From Christensenellaceae bacterium Phil7 (lineage in GTDB: Bacteria > Bacillota > Clostridia > Christensenellales > CAG-138), in contig MSGV01000023.1 of the NCBI GenBank assembly GCA_001940845.1, positions 146,312 to 210,311 on the forward strand: 64,000 bases of DNA, given 5' to 3'. Below, piece by piece: positions 35,255-44,610 of the stretch; the first letter of the stretch is position 1; every line of letters begins with the position of its first letter. A program made the position numbers and the translations under genes. Below the pieces are notes generated by a model, which searched no databases, had not been told where the DNA came from, and saw nothing but the letters and a program-made list of their open reading frames with translations.

Positions 35255-36316
35255 ATGAAAAGAATTGTCGCTATACTTCTTACCCTTGTTATGCTTGCTG
35301 CATCGCTCAGCTTTCTCACCGCATGTGGAGATAATTCAAAGACCCTCTACGTCTTGAATTGGGGAGATTACATCGATCCGGATCTCATAAAGCAATTCGA
35401 ACAGCAGACCGGCTATAAAATCAACTATACAACGCTGACAAGCAATGAAGAAATGCTGATAAAGCTTCGCAGTCCTGATTGCATATATGATCTGTGCTTT
35501 CCTTCCGACTATGTTATAGAGAAGCTGATTGCTGAGGATATGCTGGCAGAGATAAATAAGGATAATATTCCCAATCTCAAAAATATTGATGAGAGATTTA
35601 TTGAGATATCGAATCAGTTTGATCCCGGAAACAAGTATTCCGTACCATACATGTGGGGCACCGTTGGCATAGTCTATAATAAAGAGATGGTGGATGAACC
35701 GGTCGATAGCTGGAATGCGCTTTGGGATGAGAAGTATGCGGGTCAGGTTCTTATGTATAACAGCATGAGGGACAGCATTGGAATAACTCTTATCAAGCTG
35801 GGCTACGATATCAATACAAGGAATGCCGACCAGGTGGCTGAGGCGCGGGATGAGCTGATCGCTCAGAAAAACATTCGCAAGGGCTTTTTCGATGATGCGA
35901 TAAAGGACGATATGATCGGCAATCAGGGAGCTCTCGCAGTTGTCTATTCAGGAGATGCGATGCTTTGTATCGACGAGGAGGAAGGCAATCCCAATCTTGA
36001 ATATGTTGTTCCAAAGGAAGGCAGCAACGTATGGTTTGATAATATAATCATTCCTAAGACCAGCAGCAAGCAGGCTATGGCGGAGGAATTCATAAATTTC
36101 CTTTGTGATGCTGAGGTTGCCAAACAGAATACAGAGTATATCGGTTATTCAACGCCTAATAAAGCCGCTCTTGAACTTATGGATGAAAGCTGGACGGAAA
36201 ATCCGGTTTATAATCCTCCTCAGGATGTACTCGACCGCTGCACAATTTTCCACGACCTTGGGGATTTTCTGAGTGTATTCGAGGAAGCATGGAACAAGGT
36301 CTATTTTGAAAATTAA
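35255..36316 (+). CDS. potD: spermidine/putrescine ABC transporter substrate-binding lipoprotein
   Basis: 353 aa. Lipobox LSFLTAC. PotD/PotF-like sequence (LNWGDYIDP, YMWGTVGI). Confidence 0.85.
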   Translation: MKRIVAILLTLVMLAASLSFLTACGDNSKTLYVLNWGDYIDPDLIKQFEQQTGYKINYTTLTSNEEMLIKLRSPDCIYDLCFPSDYVIEKLIAEDMLAEINKDNIPNLKNIDERFIEISNQFDPGNKYSVPYMWGTVGIVYNKEMVDEPVDSWNALWDEKYAGQVLMYNSMRDSIGITLIKLGYDINTRNADQVAEARDELIAQKNIRKGFFDDAIKDDMIGNQGALAVVYSGDAMLCIDEEEGNPNLEYVVPKEGSNVWFDNIIIPKTSSKQAMAEEFINFLCDAEVAKQNTEYIGYSTPNKAALELMDESWTENPVYNPPQDVLDRCTIFHDLGDFLSVFEEAWNKVYFEN

Positions 36317-36332
36317 AAGAGGAGATTGAATT

Positions 36333-37715
36333 ATGATAAGACTATGCGAACTCCACAAGGAGCCGGCAAGATATGCGGGAGATATAGAGGTTTCTGGATG
36401 GATAAAGACAGCTCGCGAAAGTAAAAACGTTGGTTTCATCGAACTCGGTGATGGCTCGGCTTTCAGAAGCGTTCAGATTGTCTATGAGCAGGGTACTATA
36501 CCGGAAAGCATTTCAAAGAATTTTGCCACCGGAACGGCAATAACAGTTCATGGAATATTGGAGCTTACGCCGGATGCCAAACAGCCATTTGAGATAAAAG
36601 CGAAGGATATTGTGATCGATGGTGAGTGTCCCTCGGATTACCCGCTTCAGAAAAAGCGTCATTCACTGGAATATCTACGCACGATACAGCATTTGCGCCC
36701 CCGTACCAATACCTTCCAAGCCGTATTCCGCGTTCGCAGCGTTGTTGCTCAGGCTATTCATCGCTTTTTTGATGAAAGGGGCTTTGTGTATGTGCATACA
36801 CCTCTTTTTACCGGAAGTGATTGTGAAGGTGCAGGAGAGATGTTCCGCGTAACGACGCTCGATATAGCAAATCCGCCCAAAAACACCGATGGCAGCGTGG
36901 ATTATACCAAGGATTTCTTTGGCAAGCCATGCAACCTTACCGTCAGCGGTCAGCTTCATGGTGAGGCATTTGCGCTTGCTTTCAGAGATATCTATACGTT
37001 TGGTCCGACCTTCAGAGCTGAAAACAGCAACACCGCTCGTCATGCTGCCGAATTCTGGCAGATTGAACCGGAAATGGCATTCTGCGATTTGGACGGATAT
37101 ATGGATACGGCTGAAGCGATGATCAAATACATCATAAAGACCGTGCTTGACCGCTGCCCGGATGAAATGAGCTTTTTTAATCAGTTTATGGATAAAGGGC
37201 TGCTTGATAGGCTGAATAATGTTCTCAATTCCGAATTTGTGCGCTGCAGCTATACCAAAGCGATCGAACTGCTCCAGGCATCCGGTCAGGAGTTTCAATA
37301 TCCGGTATTCTGGGGCTGTGATCTTCAGACCGAGCATGAACGCTATATATGCGAGCAAATTTATAATTCGCCCGTGTTCCTGACCGATTATCCGGCAGAG
37401 ATCAAGAGTTTCTACATGCGCTTGAATGATGATGGCAAGACGGTTGCCGCTGCGGATCTGCTCGTGCCCGGAGTGGGCGAGATAATTGGAGGCAGCCAGC
37501 GCGAAGAACGCTATGATGTGCTGCGCAAGAAGATTGAGGATCTTGGAATGGATATGAGCTATTATGAGTGGTATCTCGATCTTCGCAAATATGGCGGCGT
37601 TAAGCATGCAGGATTTGGATTGGGATTTGAAAGAATTCTCATGTACCTTACCGGTGTCAGCAATATACGCGATGTTACTCCATTCCCCAGAACAACGGGA
37701 AGCATGGAGCTTTAA
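36333..37715 (+). CDS. asnS: asparagine--tRNA ligase
   Basis: 460 aa. Class IIb motifs ([39 protein letters not shown]). Only 16 nt after potD. Confidence 0.9.
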   Translation: MIRLCELHKEPARYAGDIEVSGWIKTARESKNVGFIELGDGSAFRSVQIVYEQGTIPESISKNFATGTAITVHGILELTPDAKQPFEIKAKDIVIDGECPSDYPLQKKRHSLEYLRTIQHLRPRTNTFQAVFRVRSVVAQAIHRFFDERGFVYVHTPLFTGSDCEGAGEMFRVTTLDIANPPKNTDGSVDYTKDFFGKPCNLTVSGQLHGEAFALAFRDIYTFGPTFRAENSNTARHAAEFWQIEPEMAFCDLDGYMDTAEAMIKYIIKTVLDRCPDEMSFFNQFMDKGLLDRLNNVLNSEFVRCSYTKAIELLQASGQEFQYPVFWGCDLQTEHERYICEQIYNSPVFLTDYPAEIKSFYMRLNDDGKTVAAADLLVPGVGEIIGGSQREERYDVLRKKIEDLGMDMSYYEWYLDLRKYGGVKHAGFGLGFERILMYLTGVSNIRDVTPFPRTTGSMEL

Positions 37716-37746
37716 GCTGAGGAACACATTTAATGCAGAGATAATT

Positions 37747-37774
37747 GTCCCCGTGAGGCTGTCCTTACGGGGAC
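37747..37774 (+). terminator. intrinsic terminator after asnS
   Basis: GTCCCCGTGAGG / CCTTACGGGGAC stem (one G-U pair) followed by a T-containing tail. Confidence 0.6.
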
Positions 37775-37857
37775 TTCGCTTGTGCTTATGCAGTTTATAT
37801 GGTAATGCAGCGAAAAACGTGGTATAATACGTTCAAAATAAAGCTTTGGAGGTTTTC

Positions 37858-39825
37858 ATGAAGGATGGTTTTTTAAAGGTTGGAACCTGCTCACCTAAGA
37901 TCCGTCTTGCCGACCCGAAATATAACGCCGATATAATAATTGCTGCAATAAAAAGGGCTGATGCAAATGGTGTAAAACTGCTTGCATTTCCGGAGCTTGT
38001 TCTCACCGGCTATACATGCGGTGATCTTTTTATGCATGAGATTCTGCTGGATTCTGTAATGACCGAATTGAATCGCATCAAGGAGGAGACAAAGGATTGC
38101 TCTTTGGTATCTATTATAGGCATTCCGCTACGAATCGGAGATAAGATTTTTAATGCGGCTGCAGCGATCTCTCAGGGCCAAGTTATTCAGATAGCAACAA
38201 AGGAAAACCTTCCCAATTATGGCGAATTCTATGAACAACGGCATTTTACCTCTATCCGTGATGATGATTGCTTTGTTTTGGATGATTTGGATGGCTGTGC
38301 AGTCAACGGAGGAGCCAAAGTCGCTCAATGCATAGAAATGCCTGATTTTACATTCGGCATTGAGATTTGTGAGGATCTATGGGTAGCAGACGCTCCTTCA
38401 AGTGAAATGACTAAGGATGGTGCATTGATAATAGTGAACCTATCCGCAGGGGATGAAACCATAGGTAAAGCGGATTATCGGAAGAGTATTGCCGCTGTGC
38501 AGTCCGCAAAGACGATCTCCGCATATATATATTGCGGGGCAGGTGAGGGTGAATCGACCTCGGATATGGTATTTTCGGGACATAGCTTTGTCTACGAGAA
38601 TGGAACTCTATTGGCGGAGAAGGAGCCATTTACGGAAGAAGACATGCTGATCACGGATATTGATCTTGGAAGACTCCTCTATGACCGCCGGAGAATGAAC
38701 TCACATATTTTTTCAACACGGGCACATGGAGCATATTCCCGTTTTAGAATAACGAAGTGCGGCAACGATAAGGCTATTGTATCTGAGTCTGATGCGCTGC
38801 CCGAGACTCAATTCACCCGAATTTTTGATAGGAACCCATTCGTACCTCATGATAATGATCTGCTGCATGCCCGTGCAAGGGATATTCTTATGATCCAGGC
38901 GATGGGATTGAAACGCAGGCTTGAGCATATCAATGCAAAATCAGTTGTGCTCGGTATATCGGGTGGTCTTGATTCAAGTCTGGCACTGCTCGTTTGTGCA
39001 AAGGTTTGCGATATTATGAAAATAAGCAGGCGATTCATCCACGCGGTAACGATGCCATGCTTTGGAACGACTGAGCACACTAAGAATAATGCCGTCGAGC
39101 TTTGCGATGCACTTGGAGTTACGCTTCATACTATTCCAATTTCAGATTCCGTTCGAATACATTTTCGTGATATCGGCCATGACGAAAACGAGCATGATAT
39201 CACATACGAGAATTCTCAAGCGAGGATGAGGACGCTTATCCTAATGGATATGGCAAACGAGCTCAATGGTATTGTCATTGGCACCGGTGATTTATCCGAG
39301 CTTGCGCTTGGTTGGGCAACCTATAATGGGGATCATATGAGTATGTATGGCGTGAATTCGGGCGTTCCCAAAACGCTTATAAAATATGTTGTCCGATATT
39401 ATGCAGATACCTGTGGTGATGAGAGAATAAGGAGAGTGCTGCTGAGCATATTGGATACACCGATATCTCCGGAGCTTCTGCCTGCGGAAGCGGACGGCAG
39501 CATAGCTCAAAAAACTGAAGATTTGGTTGGCCCATATGAGCTTCATGATTTTTTCCTTTATTATGTTTTGCGTTGGGGCTATTCACCTGCAAAATTATAC
39601 CGCATAGCAAAAGCCGCATTTAAGGGAAGTGAATTCGAAGATAAAACCATATTGAAATGGCTTAAAAATTTTTATCGACGGTTCTTCGCACAGCAGTTTA
39701 AACGCAATTGCCTGCCGGATGGACCAAAGGTTGGATCGGTCTGTTTGTCACCTCGGAGCGATTGGCGAATGCCAAGCGATGCATCATGCAGAATATGGAT
39801 GGATGAATTGAATACATTAGAATAG
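37858..39825 (+). CDS. nadE: glutamine-dependent NAD(+) synthetase (CN-hydrolase + NAD synthase domains)
   Basis: About 655 aa from MKDGFLKVG (RBS GGAGG). Nitrilase-like N-terminal domain (FPELVLTGY, EICEDLW) and an N-type ATP-PPase motif (GISGGLDSS). Confidence 0.9.
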   Translation: MKDGFLKVGTCSPKIRLADPKYNADIIIAAIKRADANGVKLLAFPELVLTGYTCGDLFMHEILLDSVMTELNRIKEETKDCSLVSIIGIPLRIGDKIFNAAAAISQGQVIQIATKENLPNYGEFYEQRHFTSIRDDDCFVLDDLDGCAVNGGAKVAQCIEMPDFTFGIEICEDLWVADAPSSEMTKDGALIIVNLSAGDETIGKADYRKSIAAVQSAKTISAYIYCGAGEGESTSDMVFSGHSFVYENGTLLAEKEPFTEEDMLITDIDLGRLLYDRRRMNSHIFSTRAHGAYSRFRITKCGNDKAIVSESDALPETQFTRIFDRNPFVPHDNDLLHARARDILMIQAMGLKRRLEHINAKSVVLGISGGLDSSLALLVCAKVCDIMKISRRFIHAVTMPCFGTTEHTKNNAVELCDALGVTLHTIPISDSVRIHFRDIGHDENEHDITYENSQARMRTLILMDMANELNGIVIGTGDLSELALGWATYNGDHMSMYGVNSGVPKTLIKYVVRYYADTCGDERIRRVLLSILDTPISPELLPAEADGSIAQKTEDLVGPYELHDFFLYYVLRWGYSPAKLYRIAKAAFKGSEFEDKTILKWLKNFYRRFFAQQFKRNCLPDGPKVGSVCLSPRSDWRMPSDASCRIWMDELNTLE

Positions 39826-39846
39826 CGTTGATTAAGCCAATATGTT

Positions 39847-39884
39847 AAAAAAACTGCATATAATCATAAATATGCGGTTTTTTT
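39847..39884 (+). terminator. intrinsic terminator after nadE
   Basis: AAAAAAACTGCATA / TATGCGGTTTTTTT hairpin. Confidence 0.75.
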
Positions 39885-39942
39885 GCGCATAATTTGCGGA
39901 GAAGCACAGAAAATAACTCTAATAAATTCAATCGGAGGTAAT

Positions 39943-40983
39943 ATGGGAAGGATAGGGAAGCATTCATTCATCCTTAAGCGAAGACCGCACATAATATCAT
40001 CTGCAAGTTTTGTTGGAGATAAAGAGGGGAAGGGCCCGCTCGGTTCCTATTTTGATACGATCTGCAAGGATGATACCTTGGGCTTGCCAAGCTGGGAACA
40101 AGCAGAAAGCAGAATGTTTGAAAGCTCGGTACGGCTAGCACTTGCCAAATTCGATGCTCAGAGTTCGGATCTGAGCTGTATGATGGGAGGAGATCTTCTA
40201 AATCAAATCATATCCGCAGGATTTGCTGCCAGGGAGATCCGTGCACCGTTTATCGGCTTGTATGGAGCGTGCTCAACAATAAGTGAGGGCATAATGATTG
40301 GCAGCATGCTCGTGGATGGTGGTTATATGGATATGGTTGCATCAGCCGCCAGCAGCCATTTCTCGTCAGCGGAGCGCCAGTATCGCTACCCATTGGAGAT
40401 GGGCGTTCAGTCAACCCCAACGTGTCAGCGCACTGTGACAGGTGCCGGCTGTGTCATTATAAAGGATTCAGCGAACATTGATCGGGATTATCCATTTAAT
40501 AATATTGTTATAACCGGGGGAACTGTTGGAAGCGTTGAGGATTATGGGATAACCGATGCAAATAATATGGGTGCAGCTATGGCGCCGGCGGCAGCGGAAA
40601 CCATATGCACACATTTCAGAGATTTCGGAACATCTCCAAAGGACTACGATCGGATATTTACAGGAGATCTTGGAAAATTTGGATCGGATATGCTGTATGA
40701 GCTTTGCAGAAGTCAGGGTTATGATATAAGTTCAAGACATGATGATTGCGGAAAACTGATGTTTGATGACGATCAGAATGTGCATTGCGGCGGCAGCGGA
40801 TGCGGATGTGCTGCAACTGTACTTTCAAGCTACATATTACCTATGATCGAAAGGCGAGAGCTGAAACGTATTCTGTTCCTTGCTACAGGCGCAATGTTGA
40901 GCCCAGTGAGCAGTTTGCAGGGCGAAAGCATTCCGTCCATAGCCCATGCGATCGTAATTGAACATACGGAGGGAATCGGATGA
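39943..40983 (+). CDS. spoVAD: stage V sporulation protein AD
   Basis: 346 aa from MGRIGKHSF (RBS GGAGGT). Thiolase-like SpoVAD sequence (SFVGDKEGKGPLGSYFD). The longer track ORF starts inside the nadE terminator. Confidence 0.9.
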   Translation: MGRIGKHSFILKRRPHIISSASFVGDKEGKGPLGSYFDTICKDDTLGLPSWEQAESRMFESSVRLALAKFDAQSSDLSCMMGGDLLNQIISAGFAAREIRAPFIGLYGACSTISEGIMIGSMLVDGGYMDMVASAASSHFSSAERQYRYPLEMGVQSTPTCQRTVTGAGCVIIKDSANIDRDYPFNNIVITGGTVGSVEDYGITDANNMGAAMAPAAAETICTHFRDFGTSPKDYDRIFTGDLGKFGSDMLYELCRSQGYDISSRHDDCGKLMFDDDQNVHCGGSGCGCAATVLSSYILPMIERRELKRILFLATGAMLSPVSSLQGESIPSIAHAIVIEHTEGIG

Positions 40984-41348
40984 GCAGTTTACATGACTAT
41001 CTTATGGTCTTTATAATTGGAGGAGCTATATGTATAGTAGGAGAATTATTGATGAGCCTTACAAGGCTTACGCCGGCACGAATTCTGGTCATTTTTGTAA
41101 CCGGAGGTGTTATATTGACAGCGATCGGACTCTATAAGCCCCTTGTTGATATCGGTGGAGCTGGTGCAACCGTTCCATTGACGGGCTTTGGGTATTCTCT
41201 GGCAAGGGGCGCGATAGAAGGAGCAAATACCGAAGGGCTGCTGGGCGCTATAACGGGAGGAATAAAATCAACCGCCGCAGGGATAGCGGCGGCAGTATTC
41301 TTTGGATATCTGTTTGCACTCATATTTACTCCAAAGACAAAGGATTAA
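40980..41348 (+). CDS. spoVAE: stage V sporulation protein AE (SpoVAEB-type)
   Basis: 122 aa, 4 TM helices. ATGA overlap with spoVAD. GATVPLTGFGYSLARGA motif. Confidence 0.85.
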   Translation: MSSLHDYLMVFIIGGAICIVGELLMSLTRLTPARILVIFVTGGVILTAIGLYKPLVDIGGAGATVPLTGFGYSLARGAIEGANTEGLLGAITGGIKSTAAGIAAAVFFGYLFALIFTPKTKD

Positions 41349-41360
41349 TTAAAACGGCGG

Positions 41361-41391
41361 TTGAGGAAGCGGGATTAAATTGCTTCCTCAA
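41361..41391. terminator. bidirectional terminator between spoVAE and coaW
   Basis: TTGAGGAAGC / GCTTCCTCAA arms. The right arm overlaps the coaW stop codon. Confidence 0.6.
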
Positions 41392-42218
41392 TCGTTTCCA
41401 TCTTCATAATGGAGTGCGGCACCGACCGCTGTTGCAAAGACGGCATTTTCGGGAACAATGAATTCCAATGGGTAAAGCGACTTGCATACTTCGATTATTT
41501 CCGGAAGCTTGCTCATCCGAGTCAATGCACCGGTCAGGATTATCTTGTGGACATTCAATCCTCTACAGGCAAAAACTGCCATCGTTATTATAGTTTGCAA
41601 AACCATATTTATCAGACCTAGCGCCATATCCTTTTCGGTTGCGTGATCCTTTATATTGCCAAAATTTGCTGCGGTGATCTCCATGCCGAGCTTTTCAATA
41701 TCATTTTTGGAGATATCACCAACGGTCAGATCCACGCTGCTCAGGCTGCCGCCATCGGCCATCGTACAGATATTTTCGAAATCCGTTGATCCTGTCAGAA
41801 TTCGGCCTAAACCTATTATCGTTCCGCCTCCAACTCCGCTTCCGCCTATATGGTAATATGCTTTGCCTCGTGCATGGATGAATGCTGTGCCAGTTCCCAT
41901 GCTCACAACAACGGCTTCATTGGTCCCTGCAAGCGCAAGTCCTCCGCGTGCTGTGGCGGAGAATTCCTCTATGCGTATCGTTGGTATTCCGTATATGTCT
42001 CCGCCTAAATAGGAGGAACCGACTCCGGTAATAAATATCTTTTCCACATCCGAGAGGCTTAGTCCATTTGTATTTACATAATTACCCAGTGCACCGTAAA
42101 GGGAGGTGACTTGATCGTATGCACGAACCATCATGGTGGAGATAAGTTCTCCGCTTGGATGCAATCCGACTATTTTAGTGGTCGAGCCACCGACATCTAT
42201 TCCTAGAATAATGCTCAT
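41388..42218 (-). CDS. coaW: type II pantothenate kinase
   Basis: 276 aa. Aligns block by block with S. aureus CoaW as I recall it: GIDVGGSTTKIV, VSMGTGTAF, GGSGVGGGTIIGLGRIL, VDLTVGDI, ITAANFG, NAVFATAVGAA. Confidence 0.75.
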   Translation of the reverse strand: MSIILGIDVGGSTTKIVGLHPSGELISTMMVRAYDQVTSLYGALGNYVNTNGLSLSDVEKIFITGVGSSYLGGDIYGIPTIRIEEFSATARGGLALAGTNEAVVVSMGTGTAFIHARGKAYYHIGGSGVGGGTIIGLGRILTGSTDFENICTMADGGSLSSVDLTVGDISKNDIEKLGMEITAANFGNIKDHATEKDMALGLINMVLQTIITMAVFACRGLNVHKIILTGALTRMSKLPEIIEVCKSLYPLEFIVPENAVFATAVGAALHYEDGND

Positions 42219-42411
42219 TTGATAAATCCTTTCGTAATGAGAAGATTTCCTGTTCGAGGAGCTAATTTATCGTAGATTAATAAGCAATGGTTGTAAATCC
42301 ATTCTCAAATAACCTCTAACGATGATAATCCTTCCAATCTGATAGTGACATAATATTAACAGAGACGGCATCGCTTAGAGGATGCCGCCTCTGCTTGGTT
42401 CTCTATTAAGT

Positions 42412-43605
42412 TTAGTGAGTTTCGTTATATTTTTTAATGCCAAGCGCAAGCAGATCCATAGCTCTTTCAAGATCGGACTGCTTCAGGACATAAGCAATAC
42501 GAATCTCGTTCAGTCCCTTTCCGGGGGTAGCATAGAAGCCTTCGCCGGGAGCAAACATGACGGTATCACCATTATCATCAAAATCTGTAAGCAGCCATTT
42601 CTGGAAGGAATCAGCATTATCCACCGGAAGTGCAGCCATCATATAAAATGCACCCTGAGGCGCTTTGACGACAATGCCCGGAATTTCAAGAAGCTTCCTA
42701 TAGCAGGTATCTCTGCGAAGCTTATATTCCTTGCGTACAGCATCAAAATATTCAGAATCGACATCATACAGTGCTGCGGAAGCAACCTGATCGAGGGTAG
42801 CCACGGAAAGCCTTGCCTGGCAGAATTTCAGGAGCTGCTGCTGAAGTTCCTTATTGCGGGTGATTATGGTCCCGATCCTTGCACCGCAAGCTGAGAAACG
42901 CTTTGAAACGGAATCGATTATGACAGCATTATCGCGAATATCATCAAATTCGCCGATTGTAGCAAGCTTTTCATTCCCGTAAACGAATTCGCGATAGACC
43001 TCATCACCGATGACGAAAAGATCATGTGCTTTTGCAACATCTGCAATGATGCGAAGTTCTTCCTGAGTGAGCACAACACCGGTTGGATTACCGGGATTGG
43101 TGAACATGATCGCACGAGTATTTTCGTTGACCAATGCTTCAAGCTTATCGCGGAAAGCATAGCGGTAGCCGCCTTCGGGGCTTGTTGTGAGCGGGCGGAT
43201 ATTGCCGCCTGCACTCTTGACAAATGTATTATAGTTGGGATAGAAGGGCTCGGGAATGATGACCTCGCTTCCGGGGTCGAGAATGCTCAGCATGAGCATC
43301 TGCAATGCTTCGCTGCCGCCGGTAGTTATGAGGATATCGCTCTCATCATAATGAATCCCAAGGTTATCATAATAATTCTGAATAGCCTTTATGAGCACGG
43401 GCATACCGGGAGAAGCGGCATATTCAAGTACGGGGAGCTCAAAATTCTTTACAGCATCAAAATATGCAGGTGGGGTAGCGATGTCCGGCTGACCTATATT
43501 TAGATGATATATCTTTTTGCCTTGTTTTTCTGCGGCAACTGCGAAAGGATGAAACTTGCGCATGGGGGATAAGTTGCAAGCCATCGCCTTTTGAGAGATT
43601 TTCAT
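42412..43605 (-). CDS. class I/II PLP-dependent aminotransferase (aspartate aminotransferase-like)
   Basis: 397 aa from MKISQKAM (RBS GGAGG). NPGNPTG and SVSKRFSACGARIG (PLP Lys). Confidence 0.8.
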   Translation of the reverse strand: MKISQKAMACNLSPMRKFHPFAVAAEKQGKKIYHLNIGQPDIATPPAYFDAVKNFELPVLEYAASPGMPVLIKAIQNYYDNLGIHYDESDILITTGGSEALQMLMLSILDPGSEVIIPEPFYPNYNTFVKSAGGNIRPLTTSPEGGYRYAFRDKLEALVNENTRAIMFTNPGNPTGVVLTQEELRIIADVAKAHDLFVIGDEVYREFVYGNEKLATIGEFDDIRDNAVIIDSVSKRFSACGARIGTIITRNKELQQQLLKFCQARLSVATLDQVASAALYDVDSEYFDAVRKEYKLRRDTCYRKLLEIPGIVVKAPQGAFYMMAALPVDNADSFQKWLLTDFDDNGDTVMFAPGEGFYATPGKGLNEIRIAYVLKQSDLERAMDLLALGIKKYNETH

Positions 43606-43766
43606 GAATGCCTCCGAATTTAATAGCATTTGGGCATAGGAGCGATTTTGATAAACCCTTCCTTTCGGATTGAATGCCCACAACAAAATAATTTTAGCAC
43701 TTTAGGTTTCATATTGCAATGGTATTTACAAAAAGAGCAGATATATTTGGAAAATGTTAGAATCCA

Positions 43767-44372
43767 TCAAACTATCGTTTCGCCGGATGGTCTGGGATCA
43801 ATATGCTTTGAACTCCTATGGCTGAGGATCTCCTTGCTGTCAAAAATAATATAGCGTACAAGGGAATGGAGCATGAGCAGCATATCGAGCAGGCATAGCC
43901 ACATTGAAAGCTCCGATGAAATAGTGGGGAATATAACGTGGATAGCCATAGTTATTACTGTAAATGTCGTGCAAAGCTTACCATACCATTTAGCACTATT
44001 CACTTTTCCGGTGTATTTCAATACCATGATGCCAAACACCATCATGGTCAGCTCCTTTACGGCAAGAATGATAAAGAGAACGAGCATCCATTTGAATTTG
44101 AAGGATAGGCAAACCATTACGGCCGCTTGAGTAAGTTTATCTGCAACGGGATCAAGGACTTTTCCAAGATCAGTCACGGAATTGGTTTTCCGCGCAATGT
44201 AGCCATCAAGAACATCTGAAAAGGTTGAAATCAGTAAAATTATAAGAGCAGCGCTATTTTTATCATTCAAATAGAAAAAAATAAAGAACGGTATCAGCGC
44301 AAATCTGATCAATGATAATAGATTTGGGATCGTCAGTATCTGGTCTATGTTTAATAATGATGATCGTTTCAT
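43767..44372 (-). CDS. pgsA: CDP-alcohol phosphatidyltransferase (CDP-diacylglycerol--glycerol-3-phosphate 3-phosphatidyltransferase-like)
   Basis: 201 aa. DVLDGYIARKTNSVTDLGKVLDPVADK matches the D-x2-DG-x2-AR...G-x3-D-x3-D motif. Confidence 0.75.
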   Translation of the reverse strand: MKRSSLLNIDQILTIPNLLSLIRFALIPFFIFFYLNDKNSAALIILLISTFSDVLDGYIARKTNSVTDLGKVLDPVADKLTQAAVMVCLSFKFKWMLVLFIILAVKELTMMVFGIMVLKYTGKVNSAKWYGKLCTTFTVITMAIHVIFPTISSELSMWLCLLDMLLMLHSLVRYIIFDSKEILSHRSSKHIDPRPSGETIV

Positions 44373-44610
44373 AGTTCCTCCAATTAGTTTCCGCCTTAAT
44401 TAAGTATCTGCGAACACTATTATGAAGTATACTCCGATTTCGATGTTTTTTCATCAATAGCAGTACATAATGTGCGGGTTTTTGCGCGGTGTCAGCAAAC
44501 AAAAATAATATATTAATTAAAATGACGTCATGCTCGGTTATTATGTGGTATTATATAAAAGAATTCGAGCTCCACATTCGAATTTGATAATATAACGCAG
44601 GAGGAGATTT

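Noticed and set aside
39883-39942. N-terminal extensions proposed by the ORF track for spoVAD (39883), spoIIIAA (55858), nrdR (53767), asp23 (60578), the PrsA-like gene (8301), the response regulator (12397), punA (22960) and alr (30373).
   Set aside because: The extensions run through mapped terminator hairpins or -35/-10 elements, or lack an RBS. Internal ATGs with good SD spacing give N-termini matching the known families.
39885-39942. Possible forespore sigma-G/sigma-F promoter upstream of spoVAD (GCATAA...GAAAATA).
   Set aside because: The match to the consensus -35/-10 and spacing is too weak to call by eye.
43606-43700. About 85-nt leader of the aminotransferase gene with a GTGGGCAT...ATGCCCA stem, considered as a riboswitch or attenuator.
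   Set aside because: It resembles no riboswitch class I can recognise. A single generic hairpin is insufficient evidence.
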